From Geosiphon pyriformis uo1 (Eukaryota; Fungi; Glomeromycota): DNA of 64,000 bases. This document shows positions 23,523-34,982 of this stretch, one piece after another; positions within the stretch are counted from its first letter, which is position 1, and every line of letters begins with the position of its first letter. The notes below the pieces were generated by a model that was not told where the DNA came from, ran no database searches, and saw only the letters and a program-made list of their open reading frames with translations. The stretch lies in NCBI GenBank assembly GCA_016748015.1, contig JAAOMT010000523.1:551719-615718 (forward strand), written 5' to 3'. Made by a program: the position numbers and the translations under genes.

Positions 23523-26500
23523 GTGGCAACCACACCAGACACAACAATTCTAGAGTATTATCAGTTAATTTACACCCATTGCAAGCAGAGATTTAACATC
23601 CCAGACAGAATTGAAATTGTTGAAAGAACACTCTACCAATATATTAAAAACTGTATTAACAATTATCTTCTTGGAAATTACAACATTTCAGAAGTTAGAA
23701 GCAATCTTTACAATAATCTAGTGCACTATTCACAATTAAGAACTGAAGATCTTAACAGTGAAACACTTGCCATCTACTTTCAAGAACTCAATTACAACAT
23801 TATCAAGTATTGTGAAGAAAAATACCCAGTACAGTCTAAATACTCTCTTGACTTTGAATCAGAAACAGAAACAGACAACAAAGGCAAACAAAAAGTGAAA
23901 CAACACTCAAAAACTGCTCCAAACACTCCAATACTACCAAAGACAACTGCCAAACACTTGCAAACACCTGAACAAGAAACAAGTGTCAAATTACCACTTT
24001 CTATTACACCATTTCCAATTTCACTTGCTCGACCACAAACACCAAATTCATCACTTAACCATTTTTTCAGACCAGAAGATTTTCAGTCACCTAGAAATCC
24101 TACTTAACAGCAGAAACCTATATTAACAAGCACTAATATTATTGAATACTTGCAGAAAAACGAAAGTGATCATTCAGAAAATTTGGAAAGTGAAGAAACT
24201 GAATCAGAACAAGGAGAAGCCACAGAAAATAAAAAGGAAATAACAACTGCTTACATTGCAAAAATTCCAGAATTCACTGGTGAAGACAATAATACCAGTC
24301 CTCAAGAATGGCTTGACAAAGTTCAAAAAGCAGGAGATACAAATGGTTGGATTGCAGCAAGAATGCTCAAAGCAATTCTCTACATTCTCCAAGGAACAGC
24401 AGAAGAATGGTTTGAAAATTTAGAAGAACCATTTGAAAACTGGCAAGTATTCAAAGATGCTTTTCTACAACAATTCACCGACAACAATATCTCTATCACT
24501 CTCAGAAATTGCTTTTGCAATATCAAACAAGAAACATCTGAAACTGTTATGACTTATCTTGGAAGATTTAACAAACTTCTCAGATGAATCCAACAATTGA
24601 AAACCAATGACTACTATTCTGATGCTCAAATTCTGAATTAGTTTATAGCAGAGTTAAAAGACAAACTGATTAAGAAAGTCTGTCCACATGCTCCAGCAGA
24701 CTTAGCAACTGCTATTAGACATGTAAAAAGCTATAAAATAGCAATGGAAGAAGCAAATCACAGCAAACTTGTAAACTTTACAATTAGAGAAACCAGTTCA
24801 GCAGCTGAGAAGAAGATAGACCAACTCACAAAAAAGGTTCAAAGCTACTTCACAAACCAACAATAACAGCAACAACAACCACAAAGATATCAACCCCTAC
24901 AATGATGCAACCAAAACAATTTTGGATCACCATCCAACAACCAACCTCAAAATTGTCATTATTGTGGAATTCCAGGACACTGGAAACAAGATTGTAGAAA
25001 ATTACAAAGAGACCAACAAAACAGAAGTAATCAATGTTACTCTTCACCACAACAATTTTATTACCAATCTCCCCCACCAACTTATTATTTACCAAGACCA
25101 CAAAATCAAAACAGTTACTATCTACCAGCTCTACAACCAATGCAGCAACAATATCAGCAACTTTTACCAATTCAGCCATATCAGACACCACCCACTCAAC
25201 AATATCAAGTACCAGCAAGAAGATTGATTTAACATAACCAATTTACACTCCAAAATCAATTGCAGAGTAACAACAACAGAATCAATCCAAATAACCAGTT
25301 GGTTCCCCGAAATTCTGGTCAGCAAAGACCCAATTACTATCACACTCAATCCAGTTATCTTACAATACCAGAGGAATCAGATTTTCAACAAACTGCACTT
25401 TCTGAAGGTAAAGTTGCAGCACCAAGATCAAACCCTTCCAACCACAACATTCTACCAGCTCAAATTGCCCAAAATGCCAATTTGTCAGATATATTTCTAT
25501 TTGAATTTGAAGCAAATAAATCACCATTTCTGTTTAATAATACAGCAGTTAATCAACAGAAAGCAATTACTGCTATGTACACAGAAGCTATAGTGGAAAG
25601 AAAACTCATTCGCTTAATCTTAGATAGTAGATCGGCTGGAAGTATCATTACTTACCAGCTGATACAACAACTCAAACGAAATGTAAACAGACCAGCTCAA
25701 ACAGTTATTGTCACAGCTGATGATATGAAGAAGACTCCAGTAAGAGAAATTGATAATTTCCTCTTTTCAATTGATGGAATCACCATTCCAGTTAAAGTTC
25801 TTGTTATGGATGCACCCCAATACTAAGCTCTAGTCAGAAATAATTGGCTTCTTAAGGCCAATGCAAACCTGAACTGGGAAATTCAAGAACTTAAAATTTT
25901 ATATCAAGAACAATATACCATAGTACCTGCAACTTATGGTACCTTTAACAAATGATCAGAAAAAGCTCTAATATTTGAATTTGAAGAAGAAAAAGAAATG
26001 CCACTTACTGAAACCTACATGGCTCTTGGATCACCATCCAATTGGGCTGAGGAAACAGAACCAGAGATTTTCGAAGAATCAAGAAGATGAAAGAAAGTTA
26101 GATATTCTACACCAGAATCACGAAAAGAACCACCATACATTCCACTAAAATGCAAAGATTGCAAAAAGAAGCTTTCATCTATGGGAGCCTGTATTTCCCC
26201 AGAAAAGGAATACAAAACTCACACTTGCTACTTCTGCAAGGCATGCCATAAAGAATAATTTGGATTCCCAAAGAGAAGTGGAAAATGGGACAAAACTCCT
26301 TGTCTTACTTGTGGAGAAAGACTACCAGAAGAATGCAATTGGATTGATGTAGCAATGAGAGGAGGAGTATGTAATTAAACCTGTCAATATGCTCTATCAA
26401 TTTCGGAAAAAGTCAGAAGAAAAACACTATTTGATGCAGCATACAACAGTGCTTTCAATAAATGTTACCACTACCCTCATAATGCTGAAATAATTTTTGA

Positions 26501-29147
26501 CTTAGCAATGGCATTGATCAATAGAGCCACCCAAGAAGATGTTTGCCAAATGAAAGAAGCTAAATACATTGAGTATACTATGGAATTAGCTGGATTTGAT
26601 TATGAAGATAAAGTAGAAACCTACCACCAAATTGCAAGTCACACATATCCGACCAAAAAAGCTCAAATTCAATGATTAGAGCAAATAAACATTCAATTGT
26701 GTGAAGAATGTGTTATGCCTTGTGATGACCAATGGTGTTTAGAATGTTATGCTCTTAGCATTCCTCTGCTGGATGAGAATGATGAAAATGAAATCGAATT
26801 TGGAGTATTTAAACTAGTAGAAAAACTACCAACCACCCCATTCTATCTTCTTAAAAAGCAACTACCTCTACAACTTAAATATTTTGACAACCATGGCCAA
26901 GGAATCAGACCAGAAAAAACACACAAAATTGATGCCAGATATGACCTAAGATACCCAGAAAAAGATACTTTGGTTCTCCAACCAAAGTCTTTGACAAAAA
27001 TCAATCTCAAAATTGCTCTTGAAATTTCACCTAAAGCAATAGTTCAAATTGCCTCCAGATCATCATTGGCAAGCAAAGGAATCAATATTAGAGGAGGAGT
27101 TATAGATGCAGGATACATTGGAGATATTATCATCATGTTGCAGAATGTAACAGACAAACCATTTAAGATTGAACATGCTGAAAAAATTGCTCAAGCAATT
27201 TACCTACTCTTAATCAATATTTCGGGTCTACAATCAGTTAACAACAGAGAACAATTGGGAAAAAGTGAAAGAGGAATTCAAGGTTTTGGTTCAACTAGAC
27301 GATTTACAGTTCTAGTAAACATAGCTCTTAAAATACAAAATGAATCTCATCAGATTCTTCAACTTCCCCAACCAATTACTATTTCACCTTTTGGAGAACA
27401 TCACGAAATTTACACTTGCTCAAAACCCACTACTACCCAACAAATCTTTGAATCCAATAAACAAATCTGTTTGAAGCATGAAATCTCAATTCCAAACATT
27501 TATATTTCCAAAGGAATAAAAAAATTTTGAGTTACATTTTACAATCCCAATAATTACTCTATTGTTTTATTAAACAAATTAGAGATTAGAATCATACACA
27601 GCAATATTTTTCAAGATGAAAACCCTCAAATTGTCTCTAATTTTATCGAAATTGTAAGGCACACTCTACTCCCAAATCCAAATATCATTTCCATCACTGA
27701 AAACTACCATCTTTTGAAAGAAAAACTCTCTTATATCAACATGAGTCTCTTAGAACCTCAACAACAAAGACAATTGAAACAATTGATAGCTGAATTTCCA
27801 AATATATTTGCAAAAAACAACAATGATCTAGGAAAAATGGATATTGTTCAACATCAGATCCATACAAAAGATGCTCCACCAAAATGTCAGCAAGCTTACA
27901 GAGTGCCACCTGCCAGTTACCAATTCATCAGAGAAGAAGTCCAGAGAATGCTTAATAACGGATTGATTCAATCATCAAGAAGTCCTTGGGCCTCACCAGT
28001 AGTCTTTGTCAAAAAGAAAAATGGAAAAATCAGATTTTGTGTTGACTATTGCCAATTAAACAGTGTGACAATTGGAGATGTCTACCTTCTTCTAAGAATT
28101 GATGACATGTTAGATGCTTTAGGAAAAGCCAAGTTTTTCTCAACTTTGTACTTAGAAAGTGGCTACTGACAAGTCGAAATGGACCCAAAAAACTGACCCA
28201 AAACAGTATTTACCACCCAAGGAGGAAACTATGAGTTCAATGTTATGCTTTTTGGACTCTGCAATACACCAACAACATTCCAATGACTCATAGATGTTGT
28301 ATATAAAGAACTCTTATGGCAATCAGTAGTTGTTTATCTTGATAACACTAATGTATACTCACCAAGCTTTAAAGCCCACCTCATTCACCTGCAAAAAGTT
28401 TTTCAATGATTATGGAAAGCAAGATTAAAGTTAAACATTGAAAAATATCACTTTGGAAAAACAAGCTTGATTTTTCTTGGACACATAGTTAGTAAAGATG
28501 GAGTCAAACCAAATCCAGGAACAATTAGTGCTGTCAAAAACTTTCAAACTCTCAGAAATACCACTGAACTACAAGGATTTATAGGATTAGCCTCTTACTA
28601 TCAAAAATTCATAAAAAAATTCTCAAAAATTGCCAAACCACTCAATTATCTTACCAACAAAAATGTGCCATACAAATAGACTGAAGAACAACAAAAAGCT
28701 TTTGAAACTCTCAAAACAAAATTGACAACAGCCCCAGTTCTTGCTTACTCAGACTTCAACAAACAGTTCTAATTAGCCACTGATGCTTCACACATAGTAT
28801 TTGGTGTCATTTTATCACAATTAGATGAAAATGGGCAAGAACAAGTCATTGCCTATGCTAGTAGAACACTCAAATCAACAAAACTAAAATATGGCTCAAC
28901 TGAATTAGAAGCTGCTGCAGTCATCTGGGCTCTTAAACATTTTCAACAATATCTGAAGAATGGAAAAGAATTTAACATTATAACAGACAATATTGGTCTT
29001 AAATGGCTCAATAAAAAGAAAATTGAACAAAGTACCAAACAGTCTTGATGGAATGACTTCTTAGCAGACTACAAATATATTGTACATCACAAACCAAGAA
29101 AAATACACACTAATGTTGACAGCCTCTCAAAGATGAAACAATATTAA
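23523..29147 (+). pseudogene. gag-pol: gag-PR-Cys-rich-dUTPase-RT-RNase H of D1, single reading frame
   Basis: ORF pieces at 23523, 24150, 25260, 26697, 27714, 28467 and the terminal TAA (29145) share one frame; CHYCGIPGHWKQDC knuckle at 24954-24995; LILDSRSAG; LATDAS. Confidence 0.94.
26900..27300 (+). pseudogene. dut: dUTPase domain in D1
   Basis: All five trimeric dUTPase motifs: DARYDL, RSSLA, GGVIDAGYIG, IAQA, RGIQGFGST. Confidence 0.93.
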
Positions 29148-29203
29148 TACCAACATCAACACCAATAAACTGAACAGCAGAACAAACAACAAAATCAACA
29201 ACA

Positions 29204-30588
29204 ATGAATCCAGAAAACTACAACAACATCAAAAACTATTTGGAGACCCTCACCATGCTAGAAAATTGGTCCCCAAGTAAAAAACATCGATTACAACACC
29301 AATTCAAACAATATTTTATACACCACAACAAAATCTATTACAAAAATCGTAAAAACCCAAACCAACCACTCAGATTAGTACAAGAAAATGAAAAAGAAAC
29401 AATTTTATATAACATGTACACAGATCCGGCTTCAGCACACTTGGAAAGAGATGGAACAATTCAAAGAACTCTTGAACATTATTTTTGGCCTTACATGCAA
29501 AAAGACATTTGATAATATGTAGAATCTTGTGATAGTTGTTAAAGAAGAGGAGAAACTCACTCCACAGAACCTTTAAATCCAATCAAAGTTGGACAACCAT
29601 TTGACAGAGTTGGAATTGATTTAGTCGGATTATTATCTATCACAACCCAAGGAAATTACTATATTGCAGTAGCAGTAGATTATCTTACCAAATGACTTGA
29701 AGCTAGAGCCATCCAAAGAGCAGATGCAAAATTAGTAGCAAATTTTATCTATGAAGACATTATTTGTAGACATAGATGTCCAATTGAACTCTTATCTGAT
29801 CAAGGAACACATTTTGTGAACAACTTGATACAAGAAATTTGTGAATGATTCAATGTCAAAAGACCTCTATCATTGCCTTATTACTTTCAAACAAATAGAC
29901 TTGTAGAATGTTTCAACAGAACATTGTGTAAATCATTGGCCAAAATCTCAACAAATTTTGAGCAAGAATGGGATATCTTTATTCCATCAGTGTTATTAGC
30001 ATACAGAATACTTAAACAAGATACTATGAAACACACACCATTTGACCTTACTTATGGAAGGACAGCAACATTACCAATTAATTTCACAGTAAAAACATAC
30101 CCAGTGCAACCAATTAATAAAGAAAACTTTCAAAAAACACTTCAAAGAAGGGCCTACACTCTTCTCAGTACACTGGAAGGAAAAAGAAGAATAGCAGCAA
30201 CTCACATTGAACATTCCCAAGCTCAACAAAAAAAAAGACATGACAACAAATTACCACCCATTATCAACGAATTAAAGTTGGAAATAAAGTTCTCTTACAT
30301 AGAACTAAGGCTGAAAAACAATGGAGTGGAAAATTTGAAAACAAATAGGACAGACCATTTTATATTCACGAAATTTTAGGCAATGAATTATACAAGTTAA
30401 GACTTGATGACAAAATACTAGCAAAAGTTGCACATAGAGACAGATTGAAACACTATTATTTCAGAAACAATCCTGAAACATTAATTCCACAAATTGGTAC
30501 ATATTCCTCTTTAATTAATTCTGAAGATATTCCCCAAAATTTAGAACCAATAATTATAATAGAACAACAACCAAACTTAAACACTTAA
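29204..30588 (+). pseudogene. int: Integrase ORF of D1 (different frame from gag-pol)
   Basis: MNPENYNN..; VGIDLVG, LSDQGTHF, LVECFNRTLC. Confidence 0.92.
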
Positions 30589-30730
30589 ATTTTACAATAA
30601 TTCTCTAATAAAAACACAAAGACAAAAATAGTAAATAATTACAAAACACCCAAAACCAAAAACAAATAAAAACCTCATATCCAAAAATAATTTTCTTTAT
30701 TCTCTCTTTTCATAATTAGTCAATTTTATC

Positions 30731-31436
30731 ATGATTATTCTCCGAAATATTCAACAAATATCCCAAAAGTTAATGTTAATCTTGAAAATACTTCCTGACT
30801 TATCCATAATGATTAATGGAAGTCAAATTAATTATATTCAGAAAGAAACCACAGCCCCAGTAGCAAATTATTCACAGAACTATCACTCCTATAAAAAAAA
30901 CAAGAAGTCACTCTGAAAATAGGTTACCAAGACTTTTAAAGCAAGCACTAGAAGAAAATTTTTTAATTGCTCCTATTGACATTCCACCAAATACTACAAT
31001 GCAACAAAAACTTCTACTACTTTTCAATAAACAGAACAATGAACACACTTCTATTTATAAATACTTTCACATTGGAAAGACACTTTATGAACGAAAACTG
31101 GAACTTGAAACAACAAATCTTACTCCTAAAGCTATAAAAAAACAAATTCATAATGAATTCAAAACAGCAGCTGGACCAACAAACACTTACTACAAACTTA
31201 GAGCAGCTTTTAGACTCTATGATTTGTTTAATACTTGTGAAAATGTTCTACAAAATCTAATACTGCAACCAATGAAAGTCCAATACATTGGCAAACTCAC
31301 AGAACTGAAATTTCAACAATTTTCAGACCAGATTACTTCAATTATTTTAGATCACTATCTCAATATCATAGATAGTGCTTGGACTTTGATAGAGCTCAGT
31401 CTTGAGAAGAAGATTATGTTACCAGTAGAATTTTAG
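30731..31436 (+). pseudogene. ORF3 of D1 (reads through the PPT, stops inside the 3' LTR)
   Basis: ORF-track pieces 30731-30916 and 30999-31436; YFHIGKTL..AAFRLYDLF..YIGKLT. Confidence 0.82.
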
Positions 31437-32406
31437 CTATTAATTAGCATGAAATTACCCTTATAATTCCTATAATTAATTAGTATATTAATATCATTTC
31501 AAATTATCATTTATTATTTAATCAATTATTACATATCACGATTTAATTAAATAATCCAATTAGTATAACAGAAAGTAGGATGATCAAATTACACAATACC
31601 CTGAACTTTGTAACATTCAAAAATTCGCCAAAATTTACAGAAATTCGCTGAAATTTATAGAAATTCGCCAAAATTATGAATAGTTCACCCAAATTAATCA
31701 ATAGTTTAGCAAAATAACTTGTAGTCCATCAAAATATATCTTTAGTTTGCTGAAATTTGAGCAAAGAAAAAAAGTGCAAGTTCATAAACTAGTACTACAA
31801 CAAGTTGTATAAAAGAAGAGCTTTTTTCTTCAAGAAAATGTATCTTACTTTAGATTTATCACTTAGAACCATTTCTACACACACAAAAAGAAATAAATAT
31901 CAAATAATTCGAAAAACCAAATTCTTTAATTATTGCACTTGGAAAATTCTCAAAACCCAATTAACGTTTTAAAATTGATTAGCTACCAATTTCAGTAAAC
32001 TGTTAGTGACTCCAGGCCTGGATAGAAAACGTTTCCCTTGACAGAATTCAATTTCTTTTATATTTTTTTTATTTATTTTTTATTTTCTTATTATAATAAT
32101 TAGGGTAGCCTACAGACAAGATTCCTATAGAAGAGTTGACTTTCACAGCAAAGTAACTACACATTTTTAGTAAGCTTCCAGATGAGCAATTCCTGGGAAA
32201 GAGTTGATGTTTACTATAACATAACTACATAAAGTAACTGGCAAAGAATTGACCATTTCACTTAGAAGCCCAGCAATTCAAATTATCTCCTATAATTTGA
32301 AGATAAATTCAGTTACTGGAGGTCCAACTACTTCCTGGAAACGTGAATTTACAGCAAATCAACATTAACAACATTCAAGAAAAGAGACCAAAAACCTCTG
32401 ATAACA
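31417..32406 (+). repeat. 3' LTR of D1
   Basis: TGTTACC..ATAACA, direct repeat of 22495-23475. Confidence 0.95.
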
Positions 32407-34587
32407 GTGTTTTTTAGCTCTGTTCTAAGATATTCAATGATAGTATTTTCCAGAATGTAGACAGGTTTTTCTGTGATGTTTGCGATAAAAATTTTTATCC
32501 ATTGAATTTTATCAGCTGGAATAAAAAGATTAATAAGTCCTATAAGAAACTGTTGGCAAGTTTCTGAGTAGAGCTTAAATATTAGGTCTTTTTCTTTACT
32601 TGTCCTTCTTATTCTTATTTCTGATTTTCCATATAGCATAAATGTAATGGGCTGCTCAGTTTTAATTAATTCGCTTTTTTTTTTTATTGTTTCAGCAAAA
32701 TTTGCTTCAATTCCTTTTTCTGTTAATCCAAAATCATAAATTCTTCTCATTGTTTGTGTCAATTCCTCTCAATTTTCCACTGGTACAAATTTCCAACTTT
32801 TACTAATGGTATGAAAATTGCTTGTGCAATCTTTTCCTTAAATTCAATAGTATAAAATTTTTCTGAATTGTTCTGTAGCAAAACCATTAAATTTCCACTG
32901 TAGCCAGAGTCAATTACTTCTCCTTGAATGCTTATTCTTTTTTTTGCGAGGCTTGATTGTGATGCTATTTGAACCATTATTCCTGGTGGAATTTCAACTA
33001 CTATTTTCAGATCGATTTTGGTGATGCTCCTAAGTGGTAACATTGTGCATTAGTCTTCTGGATAATGTAGATCAAATCTGGTGTTGATTGGATGGGCTCT
33101 TTTAAGTACTATTCTTAAGTGCCTATTGTCATAGTACCAGATGCTAATCTTCTAATCTAGATTGGTATAGACTAAAATATTTTCTGACTTGGGACCATCA
33201 GATGAGTCTTGTTGATTTATTGTACTGCTGATTCTCAATTTCCATTTTTCTTGTCAAGTTCCTTTTGTATTGACACTCTTCACAATGCTGACTTTGGCAC
33301 AGAATAAGACAATTTTTGCAAAAGTAAATGTTGATCTGGGCAAAATACTGTTCTTGCTCTTGGCGAGTGAGACACAGCTGTTAATAATTTTCTTAGAATT
33401 CGTCCACTGGGTCAAACATGTTATAGCTGGCAACTTTATTGGCTATTTTGGCTGACACTTTTCAACATTGTATTTTTTCGGTGGTTCTTTCTCTTACTTT
33501 GGCTTGTACAGTGTTGTATAACTTATTCTTGTCATGTGGCTAGTGCTGTAGTCTTCTTAATACTCTGTTGAACACTGCTTTGAATGGCATTTTTCTTCTT
33601 ACCCAGTTACAGATGAGGATCATGTATTGGCAAGTTGCATCACATGTTCCTTCTTTGTCTGGCTTGTTGATCCAGTTATACTCTTTTGGTAATAGTTCTC
33701 CACAAGCGAGACATGGTTCTTCATCTCATTTTCTGTGTCTTTCTGGGTAACCATATTTTTTTTTGTTACAATAATTACAATAGTAGTGTGTGAGGTTTCT
33801 TGGGTCTTTATTTAGTGCATTGCACACAGTCATGGATGAGAGTTTTTTATTGCAAACTGAATATTTCAGTTTTGGTTTGTGTTGCTAGCGGTTTTTTTGT
33901 GAACTTACCTGGTTTCATTCGGATCTTTCTTTGTTCCTCCAAGTTGGTATGACCAGTAGTCCTGTTCTTTGGTTATTAGCTTATGAGAGCTAATAAGTTT
34001 TAATGGCTGGTAGGGCTGGATTTTCTTTGAATTCGAAGGTAGATCTTTGGTTGGTACTGGGTTTTTGAAAGTGGCTACATGTGGCTGAAATTCTGGCATG
34101 GTGGCTATTATAATTAATAAGAAGCTCTTGGGTGGTCCAGTCTAATGTGGCATTGGCTTTTGTTAACCAGTCATTTCCTACTAACACTTAATATTGTGTA
34201 GTGTCCATTACTAATACTTTGTAAGTATTATTATGCCATTAATTTCAAAAGGAAATAAGTCGATTTTGTCATGAGGCAGCTTGATACTTCTATCAGCTGT
34301 TATAATTTGGAACGTTGCAGTGTAATCAACTTTGAAACCCAGTTGGTTTATTAGTTGAAGCGTCACAATGCTTTTAGTGGATCCACTGTTTAAGATGAGT
34401 TTAATTGGCATGTTGTTTACTTTTGCTTCCATGTACATAGCAGTAATTGGGCATTTTTTATCCAATGCTGCTCCACTAAACATAGTCTTTTTTTTCCTCT
34501 AATTCAAAAAAAAAATAGCTACGAGGCTGCTATCTTCTATAATAATAGCTGGTGGTATTTTTTGAATCAAGTTCTGGCTATTAGTAA
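32407..34587 (-). pseudogene. pol: Protease, Cys-rich domain and dUTPase of E2 (continuation of 54152-55616)
   Basis: ITAMY..LILNSGS, LVGNDWL, SSLAKK..GEVIDSGYSG..IAQA; joined to E2 gag by the TSD flanking F. Confidence 0.85.
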
Positions 34588-34982
34588 TGTTACAAGTAAT
34601 TATTTGGGATCTTAAATCAAATAATAAACCTGTAACTTGGTGCTTAGTATCTTGATGGTGGTAGTATTAGTACGTTGGTTGTATCTGAAGATTTTGAGTT
34701 GACTTCTTTGTATAATAAACAGAGATTCAATGGTAATCTTCTTCATAGTCTCCCGGAATTGCAATTCCATCAAATTTTTTTCTCAGCATGGTGGCTGGTA
34801 ATCTTGGCAGAAATGTCCTTCTGGTAAGCTATCCTTAAATTCTCAATTTATATATCTTTCTTTTGGGGTCTTTTACCAGACTATTCTTGACATCAATAAT
34901 TTAGCACTTTTTTATCAATTAGTAAACAACAGTAAAATCAAAGAAAAAAAATAAAGACAATAAAGAAAATAAGCCAAGGTGT
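34588..34982 (-). repeat. Distal (U5-side) part of the F 3' LTR
   Basis: Matches 53351-53744. Confidence 0.9.

Larger units (their letters stand above)
22495..32406 (+). mobile_element. Full-length gypsy copy D1 (two LTRs, no matching TSD)
   Basis: LTRs 22495-23475 and 31417-32406 are direct repeats; PBS at 23476; PPT gagaagaagatta; complete domain set. Confidence 0.96.

Noticed and set aside
24850-25237. Alternative-frame and antisense ORFs over the Gln/Pro/Asn-rich gag region (also 37332-37796, 1139-1381)
   Set aside because: Shadow ORFs arising from CAA/CCA-rich low-complexity coding sequence.
30731-31436. ORF3 as an env gene
   Set aside because: Too short; no visible signal peptide, furin site or transmembrane anchor.
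32407-34982. GTGT on both sides suggesting a TSD or tandem D1-D2 unit
   Set aside because: The flanks face inward between two elements; the D2 left GTGT pairs with its right GCAT, so the match is coincidental.
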